Assembly (NCBI GenBank): GCA_030390025.1
Contig: CM059432.1
Span: 11,842,001 to 11,906,000, forward strand
Length of the DNA stretch: 64,000 nucleotides
Reading direction: 5' to 3'
Source: Squalus acanthias
Lineage: Eukaryota
The first letter of the stretch is position 1, and every line of letters begins with the position of its first letter. Positions 23,670 through 36,359 of the stretch are shown here, piece after piece. Under the pieces are notes generated by a model, which ran no database searches, had not been told where the DNA came from, and was given only the letters and a program-made list of their open reading frames with translations. The translations under genes were made by a program, and so were the position numbers.

Positions 23670-25560
23670 AGATAATTACAGATGAGGATGGCCCATCATA
23701 ATTCATCCATCCAAAAAGATCCTAATGCTGTCCCCCCTCACCCCCACCAATACTGCAGCACCCAATTGTTTCTTGAATGATTCCAGAGTTTTGGCCTCCA
23801 CCACTCTATCTGGAGGTTTATTCCACATATTGATTACCCCTTGTGTGAAGACAAATTTCCTGATTATCTGTCCTACAATGACCTTTTACTAGTTTGAACC
23901 TGTGTCCCTTAGTTCACTCCCACAGTTTCATTTAAAGTAATATTCCTGGTTAACTTTTGCTATGCCCCTTAACTATCTTACACACCTCTACAAGGTCACG
24001 TCTCACATGCCCCCATTCCAGGGCGAAAAGCCCAAGTCCATCCAGTCTTTCCTCATAACTCAGACCGCTGACCCTGGGATCAGACTTGTAGCTCTTCTCT
24101 GCCTCCAGCACTTGAATATCGCTCTCGTTTCTTGTGACCAAAACTGGACGCAGTATTCAAGGTACGGTCTGAGGGGGGCATTATATAGTTTGATCATTAC
24201 CTCCTTTGACTTACATTGTCCTGTTTTGTCTATTGTAGTTCAACATCGTAGTGGCTTTGTTGATTGCTGCTTTGCATTGGCTGGACATGTTTAGCATCGA
24301 GTCTACGAAGACTCCCAAGTCTCTTTTAGCTTCATCCTTAGGTAGTTCAACACCATTCATGGAGTATGCGTGCTGTCTATTTTCCCTTCCTATGCGTAGC
24401 ACTTTACACTTGTCGGTATTAAATTTCATCTACCATCTTCTGCCCACTTGCATACTGTGCCCAACTCGTTCTGCGATTTCTGAGCTGCCGCCACTGCCCC
24501 TCCTAGTTTGGTAGCAGATGCAAATTGTCTCACTTTACTTTGAGTTTCTGAATGCGGGTCGTGTATGGAAATTAAAACCAGTAACGGTCCCAGTACTGAG
24601 CCCTGAGTAGGGTTGCCGACTCTGGTTGGATGCATTCCTGGAGGTTACATCACACGACCTCCTGCCTCCAATCGCCCCGCCCCATGCTTCTTCCAGTGGC
24701 CGCCCGATACGTCCAGCCTCGCAGCGACCGCCTTCCCGCGCCCATTGGAAAGCAAGCAGGCTCTTAATTATCCGATTGGATGACGCTCGACTGTCCAAAC
24801 AGCCTCTTTATCCCGTCTCCAATATTTTTATAACCAATACTGAGTAGGGTACCTCAGGGCTAGAGTTACCAACCCTCCAGGAATTGAAGATTAATCTCCG
24901 GGACTCTGCTGCGCGCAAACCCGGGAGAAAAATCATAGGGACACTAAAAAGAAATGGTGTAAATTTTTTTCCATTTACTTCTCTTACGAGTACTCATTGC
25001 TTCCTGCCTTTCAGCCAGTTTCTTATCCCTTCTTAGGGTTCAACTCGAATCACCACAGGTTTGAGTTTAATTAATTGACTTTGGTCAATCACTTCCTTAA
25101 AGATGATAAAAACCTGAAACGTTAACTCTCTTTCTCTCTCCACGGATGCTGCCTGGCCTGCTGAGTTTTTCCAGCGTTTTCTGTTGTTATTTCAGATTTC
25201 CAGCATCCGCAGTATTTTGCTATCCTTAAAGATGATGAGATTGGCCAGGCAAGATCTTCCCTTTCTGAATCTATGCCAACTACTGTTAACTAGGTTATTG
25301 GTGTACAGATGATCCTCATGTTTACTCAATTCTATTATCTGGAATTGAAGGCTAATGGGTCTGTAGTTGCCTGCGAGGGTTTTGTCACCCTTTTTGAATA
25401 TGGGCATCACATTAGCCTGCTTTCAATTTCCTAGTACCTTCCCAGTATCCAGACTCCCTCAAAACGATTCTCATAAATCTCCCTAATCTCTCTATGCTCA
25501 TTTATCCCTGGGATTTATTTGTTTTGAGCCCATTTAGTCTGTCTAGGTCTTTCATCTCAT
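23670..25560 (-). mobile_element. Old CR1 LINE with nested DNA-transposon-like (TAGGGTTGCC..., about 24608-24970) and PLE pieces
   Basis: MKFNTDKCKVLRIGR, PIFKKGDK..AGNYRPISL, QGSVLGPLL. Confidence 0.7.
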
Positions 25561-25829
25561 TTATAGCAAAGTCAATGATTTCACTTAACCTTTGTTTGAA
25601 GTGGGCCTGTTGCTCTCAGAGGTATTGCCCAGGTCCACACAATTGCATCCGTGAACTGTTAATATGCTGGTAAACATGCCAAGAAACTAATGATGCAAGA
25701 TGTATTTTCTAGGTATTTTCCTTCCCCTGTACTGTCTGGTAAATGTATGGCAGCCTAGTGGTTATGGTGCTAGATTGGTAACCTAGGAGGTCTTGAGTTC
25801 AAATCCTACCATGACAAGTTGTGAATTTT

Positions 25830-26593
25830 TGGACTTGGGTATACAGGGCATAATTTCAAAGTTTGCAGATGACAAATTAAATGATACACCCCTTTTAAAA
25901 TTGTAGGACAGAGACCTGGGGGAAAATGTGTACACAAATCTTTGAAGGTGGCAGGACAAGTTGAGACAGCTGTTAAAAACCATATGGGATCCTTGGCTTT
26001 ATTAATACAAATGCAAGGAAGTTATGCTAAACCTTAATAAAACACTGGTTAGGTCTCAGCTGGAGTATTGTGTTCAATTTGGGGTACCACACATTCGGAA
26101 GGATGTCAAGACCTTACAGTAGGTGCAGAAGAGATTTGCTAGAATGGTATCAGGGATGAGGGACATCAGTCATGTGGAGACTGGAGAAGCTGGGGTTGTT
26201 CTCCTTAGAGCAGAGAAGGCCAAGAGGAGATTTGACAAAAGTTTTCAAAATCATGAATGGTTTTGATAGAGTAAATAAATGTTTCCAGTGGCAGAAGGGT
26301 CGGTAACCAGAATCAAATTTAAGGCGATTGGCAAAAGAATCAGAGGCGACGTGAGGAAACATTTACATTTTTTTACACCGCCAGTTGTCGTGATTTGGAA
26401 TGCACTGCCTGAAAGGGTGGCGGAAGAAGATTCAATAGTAACTTTCAAAAGGAAATTGGAGGGAACAAATTTGCAGGGCTATGGGGAAAGAGCAGGGGGA
26501 GTGGGACTAGTTAGATAGCTCTACCAAAGAGCCAGCAAAGGCACGATGGGCCAAATGGCCTCCTTCTGTGCTGTGTCATTCTATGGCTCTATG
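25830..26593 (+). mobile_element. CR1 LINE 3' fragment
   Basis: FPVAEGSVTR...IWNALPERV and CR1 tail. Confidence 0.8.
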
Positions 26594-26742
26594 CACTGTT
26601 CGCCAGGTGAAAGAATAGGAAGGCCTTTGCTGACTGATACGAGACCTTATGAGTTTTGAGGCCGGTTTGAAAACATGGCCCTTCATTAAAAACCCGCTGC
26701 AGGAAGTTGCTGTATGCTCACACTATGCCTACGTTAGATAGA

Positions 26743-27100
26743 AATGAGAAGTCGCACAACACCAGGTTATAGTCCAACAGATTTATTTAAAATTACAAGC
26801 TTTCGGAGCTATCGCCCCTTCGTCAGGTAAAGTTACAATGAGTGAATCTACAAAAGTTCACAGAATATAAACACAGAAACTGCAGAGATACAATCTTTCC
26901 TGAAAGATTGTATCTCTGCAGTTTCTGTGTTTATATTCTGTGAACTTTTGTAGATTCACTCATTGGTAACTTTACCTGACGAAGGGGCGATAGCTCCGAA
27001 AGCTTGTAATTTTAAATAAATCTGTTGGACTATAACCTGGTGTTGTGCGACTTCTCATTTTTGTCCACCCCAGTCCAACGCCGGCATCTCCGCATCATGA
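26743..27100. mobile_element. Palindromic Penelope-like insertion with hammerhead-like motifs
   Basis: Inverted arms 26742-26899 and 26902-27060 (single 1-nt indel); 14-bp TSD CTACGTTAGATAGA (26729-26742, 27101-27114). Confidence 0.85.
26972..27009 (+). ncRNA. Minimal type I hammerhead-ribozyme-like motif (mirror copy on the minus strand in the left arm)
   Basis: TTAC-CTGACGA-A-GGGGC gata GCTCC-GAAA-GC-TT-GTAA: stem I TTAC/GTAA, stem II GGGGC/GCTCC, palindromic AGCT stem III. Confidence 0.6.
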
Positions 27101-27454
27101 CTACGTTAGATAGAGCAAAGCATTTCTTATAATACAAGATTTAATAATGACACCATGCCATGCAGCTAAGTGATGAGCACAATATAGCACGCTGCAAGAT
27201 GACTTAAGTAGGGTTCAGTAACCTAGTGGTTATGGTACAAGACTAGTAACCCAGGGGTCATGAGTTTAAATTTTTTTTTTTAAGTTATTCGCTGGATGTG
27301 GGTATTGCTGGCAAAGTCAGTATTTTATTGCCCATTCCTAGTTTCCCCGAGATGGTGGTGGTAAGCCACCTTCTGTAGAATTTGATACAACTGAGTGTCC
27401 TGCTCGGTCACTTCAAAGGGCAGTTAGGAGTCAACCACGCTGGTGTGGGACTAA

Positions 27455-27912
27455 AAGAAAGAAAAGACTTGCATTTATACAGCGCCTTTCACAACCACCG
27501 GACATCCCAAAGCGCTTTACAGCCAATGAAGTACTTTTTGAAGTCTAGTCACTGTTATAATGTAGGAAACACGACAGCCAATTTGCGCACAGCAAGCTCC
27601 CACAAACAGCAATGTGATAATGACCAGATAATCTGTTTTAATGATGTTGATTGAGGCCAGGACACCGGGGATAACTCCCCTGCTCTTCTTCGAAATAGTG
27701 CCATGAGATCTTTTTACGTCCACCTGAGAGGGAAGACGGGGCCTCGGTTTAACGTCTCATCCGAAAGACGGCACCTCCGACAGTGCAGCACTGCCTCAGT
27801 ACTGCACTGGGAGTGTCAGCCTAGATTTTTGCGCTCAAGTCTCTGGAATGGGACTTGAACCCACAACCTTCTGACTCAGTGAGAGTGCTACCCACTGAGC
27901 CACAGCTGACAC
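27455..27912 (-). mobile_element. Near full-length Deu-domain SINE nested in another SINE
   Basis: Same family as 10501-10949; head GTGTCAGCTGTGGCTCAGTGGGTAGCAC on the minus strand. Confidence 0.85.
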
Positions 27913-28184
27913 TAGAGTCACTCATGGGCCAGACTGGGTAAGGAGAGCTGGTTTCCTCGTTGTGGCAAATTGTGAAACTGAATGAGATAAATCTAGCAAT
28001 TTGTGGGCCGACACCAGAAAATTGACCACGAAAGCTGCTGGATTGTTGTGAAAACCCAACTGGTTCACTAATGTTGCTGAGAGAAGGGTTCGCCCACTTT
28101 AGCCTTGCCATTTCCAGGATTGGCCTTGCCACTGTCACCCATCTTCCAAGAAAAAACATAATGAAAAGTGAAGGTAGTAGCATG

Positions 28185-28355
28185 CAATATTCCCTCTAAT
28201 TTTTTTTTTGGGGGGGTGGTGTGTGGACCCTTTGGCAGGCTGCGCGGCCCATTCAAATTCCCGCGCATGCGTGGTTTTTCTATTTAAGAGCCGGTGAGTC
28301 ACCTGCACAGGACCTCCAGACCGCTGCGCAGCTACACAGCTTAATGGGAACATTG
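28185..28355. mobile_element. 171-bp hAT-type MITE
   Basis: TIR CAATATTCCC / TGGGAACATTG, 8-bp TSD GTAGCATG / GTGGCATG; related copy at about 9837-9993. Confidence 0.8.
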
Positions 28356-31300
28356 GTGGCATGTCAGATGGATATTAATGCAAGATAATGCTCACTGAGA
28401 TAAGAGCATGGTGAAGGGATGTCCAATGAAGGTGGAAAAGCAAAAATACTCCGTTGAATAACCATTTCATTAGGAGTAGGTAGCTGATAACAAGACTAAT
28501 CATGTATTTGATTAAAAGTCAAGATCGGCACAATCTAACATTATGCAAATACTGGTAATGCGACATTTGGAAAGGGTGTGCAGTTTTAGGCACGCCGTCT
28601 TAAAACAATGCATGAGTGAAGGTTCAGCAACCAGCGGTTAGCACTCAAAACAGAATGAACCCGTTTCCGTTGGAGAAAACAAGACTGAGCGGAGACACCA
28701 CTTAGGTTTTTAAAATGTCGAGAGGAATAGACTTGCAGGCGTAAGCAGATTACCTAACAGACTGAACACAGGTACAACAACCACCTCAAAAGTAGGACGA
28801 GATCAGAGGGAATTCTTCCCTCACTCCCCTGAAAAATCATGCATTAGTAAAGATTATTGATTTAAAGGTACATAAAGCTGCACAACCTATTCCGAATGTC
28901 ACCTTACCAGTGAGCAACACAAGGAGATTTGCTCATTTTGACTTCAAATCAAATACCTTTGCAGCCATGTTAATTATTAGCCTCATTAACAGCTTATTAG
29001 TGGAACAGAGCCCAGAAGATGAAAGCTTTCTTTGTAAAAAGATTTAAAAAAAACAAATTTTCCAATCAAGCCAATCATACATCATAGCCCTAAATTTCCT
29101 TGATGGGTCCGCTGGACTCCCACCAGAAAAAGGCAGGGACCCAATTGTGCCAGGGCCCTGTGGACTCTGGGAGTTCCTGGTCCACCTAGTAATGGGCAGA
29201 GCCTCTACTGACCCTTGCAAGGCCAAGGACACCAAGGCAGCGGCGCCAAAGTGGAATGCCCATGTTGGGAGATTCCACTTCCCCAGCGTACTACTAGAAG
29301 CTGGTACGTCGAGAGAGATGAGGCACATCAGCCTTCAGTTGGGCACAAGAGGGCCTCACTGAGGTTGGGGTTCCCCAGGTGAAGGAAGAAGCCTGGACCC
29401 CCAAAGAATGGGCAGTTATATTGTAACAGGAGGCTGAAGATGTGGTCTCAGCAGGGGTGGGGGGGGGGCTGGGTACCTACCTCTGCTGGCAGACAGCCAA
29501 CTTTTTCAGTCACATGGGGCAGACGGGCGCTGGAGATGCGACGGTAGTGCCGCAGGCGTTCACGAAGCCCCGCAAGCTCAGTGTGCTACTGTGCCAGCGG
29601 ATACAATCCCAGCAGTTACACAAGGATCGGGACCTGTGGAGTTGCAGGGCTCATTTTCTTTTTTGGGAAGCAGTACAATCAATTTTGTTTGATTCTTCAC
29701 TTACATTAGGCATATCCAAAATATGCATCAGCATGCAACTCTTTGCAGGGATGCTGTCTGATACAATCTAGTTACTAACATCTGGTAATGTTAAAAAAAC
29801 ACACCAAATGAGATGATTTCAGAGAAAATATTCTGTATTTTTAAGCACATTTCAGTCAGTACTTAAATAAATACAGTAATGTTCAATAGACTATCTAAAT
29901 TCTATTAAATACTATTTAAACATTTACATTAGAATCAAATGAAATTGTTTAGAAACAATTATGCAAAAGCAGTTCAAATGTCAAGCTCTAAGTGCTACAG
30001 AAGTTTACAAAGTGGATTAGCACAATAATCCTTCCACCCAATTCCGATGGAAGCACTGCAACAGATCTGGCTTGATGGAAAGGAAATTAATCCAGAACCC
30101 AAATATGACTGCAACGTACTTTTCACAAAGTAGCTTTACATAAGAATTAGGAGCAGGCCATTCGGCCCCTCGAGTCTGCTCAGATCATGGCTGAACTTCT
30201 ACATCAACTCCACTTTCCCACCCTATCCCTGGATTGTCTTAGTGCCTAAGAATCTATCGATCTCAGTCTTAAATATACTCAATGACTGAGCATCCACAGC
30301 CCTCTGGGGTAGATGCACCAAGAATCAAAAAAGTAGAAGACAACGAGATAAATGGAGAATGCTAAATTTGGGTTTAAAAGCCTGTAAACTGTTGGATGTA
30401 AAAGATCCCACGGCACTATTCGAAGAGGAGGAGCAGGGGAGGTCTCCCTGTTGTCCTGGGCAATACATATCCCTCAACCAACTCTAAAAACAGATGATCT
30501 GTCATTTATCTCATTGCTGTTTGTGGGACCTTGCTGTGCACAAATTGGCTGCCACATTTCCTACATTACAACAGTGTCGACATTTCAAACTGACTTCACG
30601 TCCTGTAGTTCAGTCCGGAGGTCGTGAAAGGTGCTATATAAATGCAAGTCTGTCTTTCTTTTACTTTCTAAACTGTAGGAGCTAGTGAAGAGACTGAGCT
30701 ATACAAGGAATTGCAGTTCTGAAGCCTTGGGAAAATTAGTTAGAGCAGGAAAGAGAGAAACGTAAGTCTCGATTTCATTGGAGTAACAAGGAAGAGAAGA
30801 TGAAGAATGTGTACAACAGTGAATGTGTACGACAGTGTATTTGCAGCTTAGGATAAACACAAGATGAAAGCTCAGAGTAAGCCTAAGCACAGTAATCAAA
30901 AAAAATATGAAAATAACTGCTATAGAAAGAGATGCTGGAAGCGAAGGATAGGATAAGTTACAGTGTTAGGAGTCTTGATTTCAACACTGATGCAGGATTA
31001 TAATAATTAAACCAACAAGTTTCATTCCCAATCCGACACGCGTTTCCAGTCACCTAATCTCCTCTGTGTGAACCAGGCCGAGAATGATTTACACACCTTG
31101 CCACCATCATTTCAAGCAAAGATTAGAAAGAAAGACTTGCATTTATGTAGCGCCTTTCACGACCACCGCACTTTACAGCCAATGAAGTACTTTTTGAAGT
31201 GTGGTCACTGTTGTAATGTAGGAAACTTAGGGATATCACAGCCCAATTTAATATAGATTTGAAAGTAAAAAATTATTCTGACCGTTTAACTGTTTAACCA

Positions 31301-32403
31301 GGGCACCTGTGAATTCACAGTCCATTAGCTAGACCCAAATGAACAGCATGGAAACCAAACAGGAGAAGACATCAGCAGCGACAGTACAAATCACGGCCAA
31401 TTTAAATAGCTCAACACATTAGCAGATAATACATGAACGGGAGACTGAATTACATAGCAATTTGTTGGAACAACAAAAGACAATTTAGCTGAAAGTGGCA
31501 TTTTATTTATCAACCCCACCTACCGCCTTCTCACGGTCGCTTCCCCCGCCAGAAATGCATCCAAGTTGCCTTTCACAACCACTTCAACACAGGACTATTT
31601 GTGAATTATTGGACAAAGTGGCATTGATAGAGTTCACACAATAATAGCTCCAGTTCAGACAACATACTTTAGCTGATTTAATCAAAATTAATTTGAAACA
31701 AAGTTTTATAGTTTAGGAGTGAGGTATTAATAGCATGCCTAAGGATCCCCCCCCCCCCCCCCCGCCCCATCTGGATAGATCCGCCACAAAAGATGCATAA
31801 CCAAATTCCACTTAAACACTGAAAAATAAATTAATAAAAAACTTAGATTGCAAGACTATGTAAACATCATTCTGAAATACATTGTCTTGTTGACGCAAAG
31901 CCTACAAGGCAGGAACACTAACGACTCCACATTCAAGTATTAGTCCAATGCAATGCATCAAGTGCCAGACAGTGCGTGGTGCTTCAAGTGTATACTTTTA
32001 TCCATCGTCTCCGACTCCGCTGTGAAGATGAGGCATTTTTCACATGCACCAAGTGATACCTATACAGATCACAGTTATCTGGAAGCTTGACTGGTAAAGG
32101 ATGCTCCAAAAATGCACCATTTTTTAAATATATAAAGAGTCCCAAATCTGGCATCCCACATTCACAGGCTTGCCTGCTGGCTGTTTATTTTCAGAAACTG
32201 AAATGATTTGAATGCTGTTTGATACATTCAAGGTCAACTTTGTAGCTTATATTCTTCTTTTTCTAAAAAAAAGGCATGAATTGTACCTTAAAATGACACA
32301 GAATGTAAGTTACTAAGTGAATCTCCTGAATAGAAGTCAAAATGTGGCACAACAATGGGCTAACACCATCAGTCTTCGGCAGCTGCTGCAGCCATTGCTG
32401 ACT

Positions 32404-32478
32404 TCACGCTTTCCTGGGCAGACATTGCCAATTCTCCACATTTATCTTGTCTATCACCCACTCCATTGCTTCACAGCC
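32404..32478 (-). CDS. PRELID3A: PRELID3A terminal coding exon 6
   Basis: ctttcag|GGC TGT GAA GCA ATG GAG TGG GTG ATA...GCG TGA = GCEAMEWVIDKINVENWQCLPRKA*. An alternative conserved-looking tail in the -1 frame ends at 32369 (see findings). Confidence 0.88.
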   Translation of the reverse strand, partial: GCEAMEWVIDKINVENWQCLPRKA

Positions 32479-35400
32479 CTGAAAGAGAGCATATTAGAAG
32501 GGATTAAACAGAAAATAGGACTGAAGGAGCTAGTGAGTAAAAGATAATCAAAAATTAAAAAAAAATAAAAAGTGTTTTAACCTTTCACTGCTCAAATGAT
32601 GTGTAGAATACATTAAGTATTAAACCTAAATATTCAGCACCTTAAGACAATGAGGAATTATGCTTCCTCTCGCATTTTGCAAAGCCACAGGATGCATTTC
32701 CTGAGTCACCCAGTAGATGGCACTCGCCTTGCTGCTCGAGATATAATTTAGATAAGTCTGTTATATAATTGCCTGGCTCAAAATTGCTATAAATGTCCAT
32801 TTCCAGAATCAGTACCATGTCTGGTGCCCTTTAAGCCACAGATATGAGAAAAGCCTCATAGGTAAGTATTATAAATTTAACTTTTGAGAACTGCCTTATG
32901 AAAGAATTACTCAGAATATACTACATACATTTCTTTGATATAAAATCACCAACTACATTCAAAACACTCTTTGCAATGCTTAGCTCATGATTTAAATTGA
33001 TGAAATAAGCTTTCCTATGAAAAGAAAAATACTCTGCAGTTATGTTAGCTACAGTACACAAAGGAGTATTTAGTAACGGAACAGTTTCACAATACAGGTA
33101 CATGCTTAGCCTAGTATAGAGGATACACTGAAACTGGAGAGAAGACAACAGCACCACTGGGAGAACAATTATAAAATGGACACTGGACAAATTTCACAAC
33201 AGAATAGCACTACACAAATAATGCTTCCACCATGCACTCACAGAATCATAGGCAAATACTATGAAAACAAATCACTTGTACTAATAAAAAGCTCAAGGGC
33301 AAATTCTACAGCTTATGGGTAGTAGTATAAAATTGTCATTTTGCCAATGAACAAAAATCTTGATTCCAAAAATAAGTCTAGATTATATGAGCCATGCATT
33401 GCTTCTCAACATGCACAGGTAAGTATATTTTATAGCTATTCAGACGTAGCCTGCTCAATCTACTTTATCATAGATCCACTCCGCTTAATCTAAGAGAATT
33501 TCTTCCATAAATACGTCATGATTCCCAGATCAAGCAAAATATATCTACCCATCGCTAATCCCCATTAATTAACCCTGACGAGTCACTTCTGGAATACATT
33601 TCCTTCTTCCTGGCAGCTCAAGAACCACTGAATTCCACGAGGTGTGAAGCATAATGTGTGTAAGCACTACATGTAGTATAACACTCAGATTTCTCAGTCA
33701 CTCTACACAACAGTCAAGGTAGGCAAGGAGAAAAAATACTGCAGAGAATGTGAGCTGGTTACAGGATTTGGGAATGAGTCATAGAATCAGAAACTTATGG
33801 CACAGAAGGAGGCCATTCGGCCCATCCTGTCTGTGCCGGCTGTCAAAGAGCTATCCGGCCTAATCCCACTTTTCAGCTCTTGATCCGTAGCCTTGTAGGT
33901 TACAGCACTTCAAGTGCATATCCAAGTACTTTTTAAATGTAATGAGGGTTTCTGCCTCTACCACCCTTTCAGGCAGTGACTTCCAGACCCCCCACCACCC
34001 TCTGGGTGAAAAAAGTTCTCAACTCCCCTCTAATCCTTCTACCAATTACTTTAAATCTATGCCCCCTGGTTATTGACCTCTCTGCTAAGGGAAATAGGTG
34101 CTTCCTATACACTCTATCTAGACCCCTCATAATGAAGTCTGCATTACTATTTAGTGGCTGGACTTAAAACTGGTCTAACCTCAGATCAAGGCGAGATAGT
34201 TGTGGCAGGTTGTGCAATAGTAGTATTAGAGCCAGGCTTTCACAGTGCCACGTTAGAGAGAGAGAGTTTTGGCTCATCCTCTTCTCTCCCTCAAGACAAA
34301 AATTAAGCTTTCTGTATCCATAGAATAGAATCATAGAATGGTTACAGCACAGAAGGAGGCCAGTCGGCCCGTCGAGCCCGTGCCGGCTCTCTGCAAGAGC
34401 ACTTCAGCTAGTCCCACTCCCCTGCCCTTTCCCCGTAGCCCTGCAAATTTTTTTCCTATAGGTACCTGGCCAATTTCCTTTTGAAAGCCACGATTGAATC
34501 TGCCTCCACCACCCTTTCAGGCAGTGCATTCCAGATCATAACCACTCGCTGCGTAAAGTTTTTCCTCTTGTCACCTTCAGCTCTTTTGCCAATCACCTTG
34601 AATCTGTGTCCTCTGGTTCTCGACCCTTCCGCCAATGGGAACAGTTTCTCTCTATCTACTCTGTCTAGACCCCTCATGATTTTGAAATGATCCAAAGCAC
34701 ACAATGCACTCTCCTCAGTTGATGGAAAGATCTAGGGTCAGTAACAATTTATTCTGAACTGAAGGTTGCTGCTATAATTTTTAAAATCTTGAATTTTTAT
34801 AGCACCTTATCACACTAAAATACATCAAGTGCTTCATACGGTATAATTACTTGCACCAAAGTGCTTCATGCACAACTATTACATTGACAAACCTCCTGAT
34901 AACCTAGGTATGAAGTCACTAAACGGCAGTGTTGGATAGCCCAGCACTCTGGCCTGATTCACTGTTGCTACCAAAGTTGGCCCAAGATGAACAGAACCAG
35001 CTTTTTAATAAACCACAATCAATGGATTTTTCCCAAACATGCAACATTTAGGAAAAATGTATACAGCTGAAAGTGATACAAAATAACACACAAGTTCTAA
35101 ACTTGATAAGCATACAAACTAAGCATGCAGCCCATGCTACACAAACAGGTGCCCATTCCATGCAATAAAATGGCACTAGGCTATTAGGTATTTCAATAGT
35201 TACCACTGGTTAGTGCAATTTGTAGAAGTGAAAGCTGTTAGCTAACAGCACTTTGAGTTTTGAATTATCCACTCAATAGCATCCCACCCCTAGAGCAACA
35301 GAGAAGAGGCATATCACACACAGAAGAACAGATAGAGTTTGCAGTACTTCCACCATACGAGAAAAAACATCTCTGTTTAGGATCACTCAGAGAGGTAAAA

Positions 35401-35661
35401 CAAACATTCAAAGGTAAAAAGGAACCAGATAAATTCTTCATAGCTCTTTAAGTGCTGAATCTCGGTGTTTTTGTGCATTTAATTTTCATGCAAGGCGTTT
35501 AGTCATTTTTGATTGTAGCAATGTGATTAGATAGAGCTATTTGTCAACATTTTTATACAAAGTAATACAGGTGATAGACCTGTTTCAGGTGTTGATGCAG
35601 TTTCTATAGAAAACAGCAGCCATTATCAAATAACCCTTTATCTGCTATTAGCTAAATTCAC

Positions 35662-35853
35662 GTTGCGGAGATGCCGGTGTTGGACTGGGGTGGACAAAAG
35701 TGAGAAGTTGCACAACACCAGGTTATAGTCCAACAGCTTTATTTGAAATCACAAGCCTTTGGAGCATTGCTCCTTCGCCTGACGAAGGAGCAGCGCTCCG
35801 AAAGCTTGTGATTTCAAATAAAGCTGTTGGACTATAACCTGGTGTTGTGCGAC
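35662..35853. mobile_element. Second palindromic Penelope-like insertion (PRELID3A intron 5)
   Basis: Same family as the 26.7-kb copy in the opposite orientation; about 71-bp arms across 35707-35853; 12-bp TSD AGCTAAATTCAC (35650-35661, 35854-35865); CTGACGAAGGAGCAGCGCTCCGAAAGCTT motif from 35779. Confidence 0.85.
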
Positions 35854-36359
35854 AGCTAAATTCACACAAGCAGAGACTATGACATCTATGCATGTTCACA
35901 CATTTACACAACTCACTGTAAAAGTATATTTCATTAACTCATTTTGAGGCTCCGAAAATTCAGTGTGTTATTTTTCTTCTTTCTGCTTATTTCCTATGGG
36001 AGTCAATATCTTTTATCCAAGTAAGCAAGTTGGTTTGAATTAAAAAGAAAAGACTTACAGCCAATGAAGTACTTTTTGAAGTGTGGTCACTGTTGTAAAT
36101 GTAGGAACCTCAGCAGCCAATTGCACACAGCAAGCTCCCACAAACAGCAATGTGATAAAGACAAGATAATCTGTTTTTTTGTGATGCTGGTTGAGGGATA
36201 AATATTGGCCAGGACAACGGGGATAACTCCTCTTCGAAATAGTGCCACGAGATCTTTTACGTCCACCTCAGAGAGCAGACGGGGTCTCGGTTTAACGGCT
36301 CATCCGAAAGACGGATTATACCAACATTTACCAAACTCTTTAGGAATGATCCTGAGATG

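Noticed and set aside
32430..32455. Programmed -1 ribosomal frameshift to reach the PRELID3B-like tail
   Set aside because: No X XXY YYZ slippery heptamer; a genomic or assembly indel is the simpler explanation.
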